Positions 50,437 through 58,883 of a DNA stretch of 64,000 nt are shown here, piece after piece (the first letter of the stretch is position 1; every line of letters starts with the position of its first letter). This stretch comes from Phycisphaeraceae bacterium (GTDB lineage Bacteria > Planctomycetota > Phycisphaerae > Phycisphaerales > Phycisphaeraceae). The DNA is taken from positions 4,064,001-4,128,000 of the forward strand of contig OY771506.1 in NCBI GenBank assembly GCA_963674705.1, given 5' to 3'. Made by a program: the position numbers and the translations under genes. The notes beneath the pieces are model-generated. The model saw only the letters and a program-made list of their open reading frames with translations, made no database searches and was not told the DNA's origin.

Positions 50437-50618
50437 TCCTCTAATTCTCTTACGGGTAGAAGGACACGACGCCCGACCCGCACGGTCGGAATGCCAGAGT
50501 CACGACTTGCGATGATTTCGTTGAGCTTTCTTGGAGAGAGACCTAGGCTCTCGGCTGCCTCGGTTGGTGACAATGCCAATCGCTTGATTTGCTCATTTGA
50601 TTGGGCCTCCGTTCTCAT
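50403..50618 (-). CDS. Excisionase-like DNA-binding protein (HTH_17)
   Basis: LALSPTEAAESLGLSPRKL...IPTVRVGRRVLLPVRELEDWL. Confidence 0.85.
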   Translation of the reverse strand: MRTEAQSNEQIKRLALSPTEAAESLGLSPRKLNEIIASRDSGIPTVRVGRRVLLPVRELEDWLTNNLGNCI

Positions 50619-50878
50619 ACTCCACCTCCCCCTCCCGCAGCACGGCGCTCAGCGTCTGCTAGCTGATCTGCAAAAGCTAGAATCCACTCAGCGGTTGTGT
50701 GGATACGACGACCAATACGAACTGATTTGAGAAATATCCGTTGGCCATCAGCGGCCATAAATCCAGTCTTTGTCCAAGCAACAACAGTTTGTGGATGCAC
50801 CGAATTGGGCAAAAGAGTGACAGCCTCATTGATAGATATCAATCGGGCTAGAACGTCATTTGCGGGTTGTGCTGTCAT
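50615..50878 (-). CDS. DUF1580-like HTH protein
   Basis: LISINEAV..LP..VHPQTVVAWTKTG...LKSVRIGRRIHTTAEWILAF. Confidence 0.75.
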   Translation of the reverse strand: MTAQPANDVLARLISINEAVTLLPNSVHPQTVVAWTKTGFMAADGQRIFLKSVRIGRRIHTTAEWILAFADQLADAERRAAGGGGGV

Positions 50879-51342
50879 ATCATCGCGTCCTGCCAATAGA
50901 AAAAACGACGTAATCAAAAAGATTGATTACGTCGCGTTTAGGCAGTAGCGCGATTATCACTTCCTTGCATGCGGTGTTTTGATCACCGATCGCAACGGAC
51001 GACTCCGCCGACGGCCTCACATGCAAGTGAGAGACGACTCATTCACTCTTTCATGAGTCGGATTAATTGTGAATATATTTAAACACAAACTATGATCGAT
51101 GTCAAATAAGCATTGCCAGTTCTGTATAACCTGAATGAAACACGGCATTATCATAGACAGACAGATACACCGTAGAAAATAAGCGTAATCAATCTAACAT
51201 TTCTACAAACATACAGCGAGGCCATCAGCAATATAGCACTGGGTTGTATTTGATTGTATGCTTACTGCCGGGGCTACTGCCGGTGCGGGCATCATTACTC
51301 ACATAACCGAACGTGTAATATATGGTTGTCCAAACAGGTCGT

Positions 51343-51387
51343 GGACTTCTAATCCGCAGGTCACAGGTTCGAATCCTGTCGTGGGTA
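51343..51387 (+). repeat. attR: duplicated 3' 45 bp of tRNA-Arg
   Basis: GGACTTCTAATCCGCAGGTCACAGGTTCGAATCCTGTCGTGGGTA identical to 39211-39255. Confidence 0.97.
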
Positions 51388-51417
51388 TTTGATTCTGCTA
51401 TATGTTAGGATGACACC

Positions 51418-51978
51418 ATGCGACGCAAATGGTGGATCGCTGCAGCACTCTGTGCCCTCTACCTGGGCTCTTACCTCTACTTCTCAGTAAACGGGCAATT
51501 CTTAACCGCAGGCCACGGGGGTTCTGATTATTCGCGTGAATGGTCGCCGATGTATCTGGTCATCGATACGACAAACGGCGGCCCGCGGCTGCATCGTGAC
51601 TTTACACCCCTCGGGTACTTCTACCTGCCGTGCATACTGCTTGACCGGCTCGTGTGGCACCCGGGGCCGAATAAATACCTGCCGGGGAAAGTGATCTACC
51701 ACAAAGACGTCAGCGATTGGCCCAGCCACCAGGATCGCACCGGCACATACTGGGTGAAGGACAATATCGAATACGTGGATAATGACAGCGATGGCATCAT
51801 CGATGTCCGAATCGAGACGCGCGAAGCAGGGCAGATCGTCTCGATTAAACGGAATGACACCGACCCCTACTTCATAACAGAAATGCACAGCTCCGACCAT
51901 CCGAGAGTCAACTTCAGATATGTCGACGAAGTGCCTGTCCCGACAACAGGCCAACCGACGCCATCGCCACAACAGTAG
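51418..51978 (+). CDS. Hypothetical membrane-anchored protein
   Basis: N-terminal hydrophobic segment; FYLPCILLDRLVWH. Confidence 0.6.
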   Translation: MRRKWWIAAALCALYLGSYLYFSVNGQFLTAGHGGSDYSREWSPMYLVIDTTNGGPRLHRDFTPLGYFYLPCILLDRLVWHPGPNKYLPGKVIYHKDVSDWPSHQDRTGTYWVKDNIEYVDNDSDGIIDVRIETREAGQIVSIKRNDTDPYFITEMHSSDHPRVNFRYVDEVPVPTTGQPTPSPQQ

Positions 51979-52016
51979 GATCCCCCTTCATAAATCCGAA
52001 CCGGTTGTCAGCCTTA

Positions 52017-52382
52017 CTACGTGCCTTGACCATATCCACATGCAATAGTTGGACGTCGCTTTTGCACTGATCTGATAACTGCGGTGATCAGACGCCCCCA
52101 GACAATCCACTGAAACCCGCCGACGCAAAACAGATAAAACATGGCAGCGCCATTGGATGGCGCAGCCGCAGCAAGGTAAAAAGCCAACAACCCAATGGGA
52201 AAGTCCACAATCGGCCATAGGAGCCATAGTAATGCGCCATCTTCAAAACCAAACCTGTCAAACGGAACACACAACAGCGCAAACGCGATAAAGAAAACAG
52301 CACGAACCACAAAGAAGATGATTGGCAACTTCCAGGGGTGTAATATTGCACGATCCGGTGTTTGAACATCCAAAGCAATCAA
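52017..52382 (-). CDS. Small three-TM membrane protein, possibly with eroded zinc ribbon
   Basis: Hydrophobic segments; ends IACGYGQGT. Confidence 0.55.
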   Translation of the reverse strand: MIALDVQTPDRAILHPWKLPIIFFVVRAVFFIAFALLCVPFDRFGFEDGALLWLLWPIVDFPIGLLAFYLAAAAPSNGAAMFYLFCVGGFQWIVWGRLITAVIRSVQKRRPTIACGYGQGT

Positions 52383-52611
52383 TCCCAGAACTCTCGATGC
52401 ATAGTCTTGTTACGACAGTATCAGCGGCCAAGCTCTGAAGCCGTACGCATATCCGGCTTATCAGGTTCATCAGTAATATCTCAACAATGTCAGATTATGT
52501 CTTGTGGATTCCGTAACAGGATTTACAATTATTGTATTGGATATCGCAATTAGGACATGGGCGGGCTGCACAACTCGTAGGCACTTGAACTACAACGGAG
52601 GCCCTTCAACC

Positions 52612-53694
52612 ATGTCAAATAACATCACAAAGCTTTTATGCGTAGCGGTGCTGTGCTATTCAGCCTCAGCCATGGCTTCGTGGAATGTTCTGTTTTCTGA
52701 GAACTTCGAAAGCTATAACAACACAACCGACATGCAAACAGTCTGGACGCCTTATTGGGAAGCCGGTGTATTCGTAACGCAGATCGATGATGATGTAAAC
52801 GGCACGCCGGAGGTCGCTGGCAAGTTCGCGTACCATCCGGGTGGGGGGTATGACTACATCAACCTGCCTTCGTCTGTCGTGCCGACAGACTATCAATGGC
52901 TGCGTCTCTCGGTGGATATCTACGACAACGACACATCACTTGATCCCTACGCACCCCTGAGCCCGGCTGTAAAACGGGCGACGCTGGGCATGAGAAACAG
53001 CACCGTCGGTGAGAATATCCTCGAGTTGGGCATGTATGCCGCCACCGCACACTACGCTTATCGCGCGATTCTCTTTGACGATCCGGGCGCCGAGCCAAAC
53101 TGGGACGCGTGGGACCTCGGCACAGAGCAAGTTGATGGACAGACCTTGCCGGTCAATCGTTTCCGCGGCGCGGGTTGGATCCGCTATACCGTCACGATCG
53201 CTCCGACGATGCTGGTCTTCGATATAGATCTCGGTCGAGACGGCAAGATCGATGGTTCTATCACCTACACAAGCGGCGTCACCACTACCGCCAATGGCTA
53301 CGACCAGATCCGCTTCGGCGGCCCCTCCGGCGTAACCTCCGCAGGCGGCGGCGTCACCTACGACAACATCCTGCTCGAATACATCTCCGCTGCAAACCCG
53401 CCCCCGCCGGGCGACGTCGACCGCGACGGCTTCGTAGGCCTGGCCGACCTGGACCTCGTCTTAAACAACTGGAACCAAACCGTCCCACCCGCCGACCCAC
53501 GAGCCGATCCCAACGGCGACAACTACATCGGCCTGCAAGACCTCGACTTCATCCTCCACAATTGGAACGCAGGCACGCCACAACCAGCCATCATCCCCGA
53601 GCCCACAGCATCATGTCTGCTTGTTTTAAGTGGTTTGGCATTGCTGGGTCGCAGACTACCCAACCACAACAGGTCTGTGAAACTGGAGCATTAG
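52612..53694 (+). CDS. Secreted protein with dockerin-like repeat and PEP-CTERM anchor
   Basis: Signal peptide from MSNNITK; GDVDRDGFVGLADLD and DPNGDNYIGLQDLD; IPEP + TM + RR. Confidence 0.82.
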   Translation: MSNNITKLLCVAVLCYSASAMASWNVLFSENFESYNNTTDMQTVWTPYWEAGVFVTQIDDDVNGTPEVAGKFAYHPGGGYDYINLPSSVVPTDYQWLRLSVDIYDNDTSLDPYAPLSPAVKRATLGMRNSTVGENILELGMYAATAHYAYRAILFDDPGAEPNWDAWDLGTEQVDGQTLPVNRFRGAGWIRYTVTIAPTMLVFDIDLGRDGKIDGSITYTSGVTTTANGYDQIRFGGPSGVTSAGGGVTYDNILLEYISAANPPPPGDVDRDGFVGLADLDLVLNNWNQTVPPADPRADPNGDNYIGLQDLDFILHNWNAGTPQPAIIPEPTASCLLVLSGLALLGRRLPNHNRSVKLEH

Positions 53695-53818
53695 TGGGTA
53701 ACCATACGGGCGGTGTTCGAGCAAGGGGTAATATCCGGGGATTCCGGGGGTGGGTAGGACACCCAAATCGACTGAATCCAACCTGCCGATTGTGTAGTTA
53801 CTTTTTCCCAAACCTGGC

Positions 53819-54148
53819 TTATATTACCTCTCCGCATTCTGGGCACTCTAGTCGTGTTAAACCTTTGAGAACGTATCCGCACTTTCGGCAGTGGCACTCG
53901 TTGTGAATCTTCTTCCGAAGAGCTTGACCAATCAACAAAGAAACGACACAACCCACGGCAACCGGCGGAACACAATAACGTGACAGGCTATCAACCAACA
54001 TCCATAAAGAACTCAAGTTGTTGTAGCTAAGTGTCCCAACCGAATACCAGATAATGATATACGCAAGCAAAAACGCCAAAATACCCGATAACACGGCCAC
54101 GATGAATCTAATGGCTGCCCATGTGGTGTGTTGCATGTTTTTATCCAT
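53819..54148 (-). CDS. Two-TM protein with C-terminal zinc ribbon
   Basis: CRKCGYVLKGLTRLECPECG. Confidence 0.75.
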   Translation of the reverse strand: MDKNMQHTTWAAIRFIVAVLSGILAFLLAYIIIWYSVGTLSYNNLSSLWMLVDSLSRYCVPPVAVGCVVSLLIGQALRKKIHNECHCRKCGYVLKGLTRLECPECGEVI

Positions 54149-54180
54149 TGAGTTTCATTATCGACTTCAAAGGTTGAGCT

Positions 54181-54651
54181 TTATACCTTCTCCCCACACT
54201 CAGGACAGGCAGCCGATCCCTTGCTGCCGCGCAGGTCGTAGCCGCAGGCGGAACAACATCCGGCCGGATGCATCCCGGGCCGCCAGCGAAACAAAACAAC
54301 CAACGGCCAGGCGTATAGCAGCAGCATCGGCAGCCATAGCGGGATGACATAAACGTAAGCTCCTCCGATATCGACGATCCGAGGCAACCCAAATATCTCC
54401 TCGACCCGTTTGTCACTGCGAGATAGGCGTGTAATCCATAACCCATCCATTCTCTTATGGGGGTCATCTAAGTGAATGAATGCAATATTTGCACGCCCGT
54501 CACCTACCTCTAACTCAAAGCCCGGGTGGTAATAGTGCGTTTTCCAAAAAGGCGAAGTCAACCAACCGGCGTTGACCAAGACCGCCAGCATCAGCACAAA
54601 TATCAGCGCCCCCCGATACACCCACCCATGTTTATCGCGCAACCGACTCAT
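54181..54651 (-). CDS. Two-TM protein with C-terminal zinc ribbon
   Basis: IPLWLP...CSACGYDLRGSKGSAACPECG. Confidence 0.78.
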   Translation of the reverse strand: MSRLRDKHGWVYRGALIFVLMLAVLVNAGWLTSPFWKTHYYHPGFELEVGDGRANIAFIHLDDPHKRMDGLWITRLSRSDKRVEEIFGLPRIVDIGGAYVYVIPLWLPMLLLYAWPLVVLFRWRPGMHPAGCCSACGYDLRGSKGSAACPECGEKV

Positions 54652-54693
54652 GACGCTTAATCATCATGGAGACTGCATGTAGAGTCAACATGT

Positions 54694-54967
54694 CAGCAAG
54701 TAGCATGGGTTGCCGTCCTGTAGGGTGGCGTTAAGCGAAGCGCAACCCACCACGGTGAAGTCGTGGCAGACGAATACAGATTCGCCTCGATCGTACGGGA
54801 CGTGTGAAGCTGGTTATTGAATTGTCGTGAGAGAACAACAAAGTAGAATTATAGCGGCACGCTTGGCCGGCAATGAATGGCCTTGTGTAATTGGATGTGC
54901 ATCTGCGGTGGGCTGCGCTTCGCTTAACCGCACCCTATGCCGGAGTGGGAACCCATGCTACTTGCTG
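54694..54967. repeat. Nested inverted REP-like element
   Basis: Outer perfect 18-bp IR 54694-54711/54950-54967; inner ~32-bp IR 54720-54751/54907-54938. Confidence 0.8.
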
Positions 54968-54990
54968 CAATCAAATCAAGACCCCAGAGT

Positions 54991-55419
54991 CTACCCCTCG
55001 GCACCACCCACCGATTTCTCTGTGATAGCCTCCCCGCACTCCGGGCAGGTGGCCGATTCCTTGCTGCCGCGCAGGTCGTAGTTGCAGGCGGGGCAGTGGC
55101 CAGGGGGAGGCCAACGTCCCGGCCAGAAACGATACGCGATGTAAAACGGGCCGACAATTGGAAAGATCGCAAGCAGAGCCCATAGGACAGCGCCCCGTCT
55201 TGATAACGTAAAGCCGATGCCCCCAACGATTGCGGTGATGGTGCCGACGATCATCGACCAGAAACTGAAGCGGATGATGGCGAACTCTGATGCATGATGG
55301 ACAGAACTGCCCACATGACTCGCAAATACCACGACTACCGTGCTCGTGGCCATTAAGATCAACCACAAGACTGTCCCGGTGGACCAATCAGATTCGGATT
55401 GCTTGTGCTCCCGGCTCAT
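54991..55419 (-). CDS. Three-TM protein with C-terminal zinc ribbon
   Basis: PPPGHCPACNYDLRGSKESATCPECG. Confidence 0.78.
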   Translation of the reverse strand: MSREHKQSESDWSTGTVLWLILMATSTVVVVFASHVGSSVHHASEFAIIRFSFWSMIVGTITAIVGGIGFTLSRRGAVLWALLAIFPIVGPFYIAYRFWPGRWPPPGHCPACNYDLRGSKESATCPECGEAITEKSVGGAEG

Positions 55420-55720
55420 GGTTGTTCATCATCCCGGCGACAGACAAGCACGTCAACCAGCCCGCCCTCAGCACCTTCGCAGGTCACATAGGCCGGAATT
55501 GGGGCCGCTCGGCAGGCCGCTACCCGGCGCAACCAACTGACACCTTAACGCGCTTCGGCGCAACGAAACGACGTTTACAGAAGGTTTCAGGACGGAACAC
55601 GGAATCACACCATTTCGACGTTAAGCCCCACAACGGCAGCGGCTTAATTGTCATTTGTGTGCAAACACCGCTACGCCTTCTAACCCGCTGGCCACAGGTT
55701 TAAACGCTTTATGACCAACT

Positions 55721-56368
55721 TCAATGCTTCCGCCGACTCAACACACAACCCGCAATCACCGCAAAAACCATAACCGACGCAGGCTCGGGGACGGAACTTG
55801 CCGGGCCGAGGGCGAAGGTGGTCAGGTGGGTGGTTTTGCAGACGACCATCGGTTCGCCTGCGGGGCTTATGCCCGTGGTGCATGTTTCATCTTCGATACG
55901 CCAGACGGAGGGATCAACGCTTTCATCCAGGTAGCCCAGCGCCGCGTTGGCGATGTCGTCGGCGGTCAGGCCGGGGATGACGAAGCCGATCGAGATGCCA
56001 TTGGGGAAGTCGGTGATCGGTTCGTTGGTTGCGATGTCAAACAGTTTGATATCGAATTCGTAGGCGTTGAACGGCTCAGCGATCCCATCATCTAAGAGCA
56101 CATCCATCGCAAGTTCAAAGCGGACGGGTTGGCCCGAGAAGAAGTCGCCGGGGTTGAACACTATCGTCTTCGGCTCGTAAAGCGGGTTCTCGCCTGAGTT
56201 GGTGTTTTCTTCATAGAGCGGATTGGACACGCTCATGGGCTCGTCGATCAATTCATCCCACTCGGCAAGAAGCAGGTCCGGCCGTTTGCGGATCCTGGCG
56301 TCTGCTGAGGATACCGCGACACCCAGAAACAATAAGCACAACGCGTACACGAACGTGCGATAGAACAT
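55721..56368 (-). CDS. PEP-CTERM protein with GPS-like HLT motif
   Basis: Signal peptide from MFYRTF; W..C..CKTTHLTTFAL; VPEP + TM + RRKH. Confidence 0.8.
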   Translation of the reverse strand: MFYRTFVYALCLLFLGVAVSSADARIRKRPDLLLAEWDELIDEPMSVSNPLYEENTNSGENPLYEPKTIVFNPGDFFSGQPVRFELAMDVLLDDGIAEPFNAYEFDIKLFDIATNEPITDFPNGISIGFVIPGLTADDIANAALGYLDESVDPSVWRIEDETCTTGISPAGEPMVVCKTTHLTTFALGPASSVPEPASVMVFAVIAGCVLSRRKH

Positions 56369-56535
56369 GGACTTTCTCCCTATCAAACTGGATATGACTT
56401 CCGCCCTATACGCCGGCTAACGAGCCAGCTTCGATAACTACTATACAGATTTATACTTCAGCATCAAAGAAAAAAAACAGAGACCGGTAAGACCGATCTC
56501 TGTAAGCAAGTTGATTTGAGTTTGCCTGATCCAAT

Positions 56536-57165
56536 TCACGCACGGCGACGCAGCAATGCTAAACCGCCGAGTCCGAGCAGAGCCATCGAGGCAGGCTCGG
56601 GAATGACCGAAGCGTCGTCGAGATAGACGTTCTGATTGAGAGCGCCGCCGAAGCTCTGGATCGCGTAGACGACACGTGCGGTATCCGCGCCGGCCGGGAC
56701 GTTATCCGTCAGCGTGATGAGGGTGTATTCACTGGTCAGTGACGGGACGAGGTTTGGCGTACGAGAGATCTCCGTATTGCTGACCGAGTCGCGCCATTCG
56801 ATACGCATCTCCGAACCACCGCTATCCAGACCGACGTTCTTGGCCCAGACGGAGAAAGTGATCTCTTCACCTTCTGACAGACCTTCCACATCCTGGAACG
56901 CGCCGGCGAAGTTGTTCGCCTGATTATCGATCACCAGTTCCAGGTGCTGTGCGCCGCTAAGGGGCATCACCGTGCTGTTGAACGATGCAGCAGTCCCGCC
57001 GCCGCTGAACGCTTCCCAGAAGCCGACGAACGGCGGGCCGTCATACGTCACCGGGTCTTCAAAACCGGCGTTCGACAACAGGTTCGCTTGCACAACGGAA
57101 CCCGAAACCGCAACGACTAAAGCCGAAGCTAGCATTTTCAAATGAGGTACTTTTAATCGCATCAT
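56536..57165 (-). CDS. PEP-CTERM protein with carbohydrate-binding-like domain
   Basis: NLLSNAGFE...VYLDDASV then IPEPASMALLGLGGLALLRRRA. Confidence 0.85.
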   Translation of the reverse strand: MMRLKVPHLKMLASALVVAVSGSVVQANLLSNAGFEDPVTYDGPPFVGFWEAFSGGGTAASFNSTVMPLSGAQHLELVIDNQANNFAGAFQDVEGLSEGEEITFSVWAKNVGLDSGGSEMRIEWRDSVSNTEISRTPNLVPSLTSEYTLITLTDNVPAGADTARVVYAIQSFGGALNQNVYLDDASVIPEPASMALLGLGGLALLRRRA

Positions 57166-57440
57166 TTCTGCCCTCCAAGCAAATGTGAAAATCAATCACT
57201 CTATGGATTCAACCAAGCATGCGTACAAAGATATGCACACGCTCCTTTATTATCCGAGACGACATCTCTTAGTCAATAGTTATCCGCCATGTAACGAAAT
57301 TACATTTAGACCGATTGCGATACACAGAATCGCTTCTGCATGTGCATCGCGTCTCCTTCTTGCGGCACCTGCTGTCCAATCCGTCAACAACGGACGTATT
57401 AATCTGTTAATCAACATCCTGCGGAAATTGTTTACTCAGC

Positions 57441-58739
57441 TCAATCTACACGCTCGCGTTTTGCAGAAATACCTAATACACCGGCCACCAAAAGCACAAT
57501 ACACGCCGGCTCAGGCACATTGTTCACACGCCAGATACGCTGATCCGTCGTGACAAAATCGCTTGTCTGGAAGGTTAGTTGATCGTTGTTGTTCAGATCG
57601 CCCAGGCGGATGATGGAAAAGAAGTTATCTTCGCCGTTGATGCTGGTGGTGACGCCGGTGCGAACGAGCAAGTCGTTGAAGGGGTCGCCGCCTGTAAAGA
57701 TGCCTGTCTCGAAGACGCCGGGCGATACCTCGACGCTTGCCTGGAAGACGACGGTGCCGTTGTCGTTGAACCGAATCTCATCGAATGAATCGAATGCGCC
57801 GCTGGTATCAGCGATCTTCGTAAAACTGAACGGTGTTCCGAAAGCCGAGGGCGTCGACACATAAATGCCGGGCGTCAGCGACTGCGAGCCGTCGGGCGTT
57901 CCGCCGCCGGGCAGCGGGGGATCGAAGTAGTTGATCGTGATGTTGCTGTAAAGAATGAACGCGACGTCGCCGTTATTGTTCATTGCGAGCTTCGGCTGGA
58001 CACCGACGCTCGTACGCTCGACCGCTGTCTCCATCGTCGCCAGGCCTTCGTTCGGTGAATCGAAGATGAGGATGCCGCGCGACAGGCCGTTGTTCGGATC
58101 GGTGTATTCCATCTGGATCGCGACCGCGCCGCTATTGTTCACATCAAACGGCAGGTTGTTGTAGAAAGTACCGCTTCCCTGTCGCAACACCTGTTCCGGA
58201 TTGCCCTGCGTTGCGGTGTAAAGTGCGCCGTTACCATCCTGAATATTGCTGAACGCGATCGTGCCGTTGCCTGACATCGCTAAACGATTCTGAGGATTCG
58301 GGACCGGCGGCGGGCCAAAGACCTGTTCGACTTCAAAGACGGTTGAGAAAGAAGCGCCCGTTGTATCCGTGCGATACACGCCACGAAAATCATGCGGCGT
58401 AGCGCTGCGCGTGCCGACGAAAGCCAGGTTATTCGCCGAATCAATCTTCACCACAGCAGGATTGATATAACCCGTGGTCGAATAGTCCGCAGCGCTTAAC
58501 GGATTCACACCGTCACCTGAAAAGAACACGGGTGTATTTGTTGAAATAGTTGATCCCGCAAATACAACCTTCCCGTTCTCCGCGATCGATGGCCGGATGC
58601 TGCCATCGATAAAATTCACACCGCCGACAAAGTCCTGTCCGATGATGTCAAAACTCGGTGCCGCCGAAACATTCACTGATGCAATACCCAACGCAACAGT
58701 TACAACCATCGCGCGGCCCGCCCAATTGCCAGTTTTCAC
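57441..58739 (-). CDS. PEP-CTERM protein with repeated NxxGxVAF units (propeller-like)
   Basis: Signal peptide; repeats NGKVVF, NGTIAF, NNSGAVA, NNNGDVAF, NDNGTVVF; VPEP + TM; probable GTG start. Confidence 0.8.
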   Translation of the reverse strand: MKTGNWAGRAMVVTVALGIASVNVSAAPSFDIIGQDFVGGVNFIDGSIRPSIAENGKVVFAGSTISTNTPVFFSGDGVNPLSAADYSTTGYINPAVVKIDSANNLAFVGTRSATPHDFRGVYRTDTTGASFSTVFEVEQVFGPPPVPNPQNRLAMSGNGTIAFSNIQDGNGALYTATQGNPEQVLRQGSGTFYNNLPFDVNNSGAVAIQMEYTDPNNGLSRGILIFDSPNEGLATMETAVERTSVGVQPKLAMNNNGDVAFILYSNITINYFDPPLPGGGTPDGSQSLTPGIYVSTPSAFGTPFSFTKIADTSGAFDSFDEIRFNDNGTVVFQASVEVSPGVFETGIFTGGDPFNDLLVRTGVTTSINGEDNFFSIIRLGDLNNNDQLTFQTSDFVTTDQRIWRVNNVPEPACIVLLVAGVLGISAKRERVD

Positions 58740-58883
58740 GTGTTACCTCCCGCTGGTTTAGAAAAGAAACAGACGAAGCATCATTGTCTCAACACAATGA
58801 TAAATCGTCAATGTGTTTGCACATTTCTTGCGACAGCCCGATCGTTAATTTTTCATCGCATCCGAGAGGATATTACGATCTGA

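Larger units (their letters stand above)
39211..51387. mobile_element. tRNA-Arg-integrated element (~12.1 kb), phage-satellite-like
   Basis: Exact 45-bp direct repeat of the tRNA 3' part at 39211-39255 and 51343-51387; integrase, xis-like and rep-like genes; visibly AT-richer than flanks. Confidence 0.93.

Noticed and set aside
39256..51342. Complete prophage or ICE
   Set aside because: No structural, lysis, relaxase or conjugation genes are recognisable in 12 kb.
51343..51387. Second tRNA-Arg gene
   Set aside because: It lacks the 5' acceptor strand and D arm; it is the att duplication.
51418..55700. Integron cassette array
   Set aside because: No IntI-type integrase and no repeated attC-like sites (RYYYAAC...GTTRRRY) after each gene; orientations are mixed.
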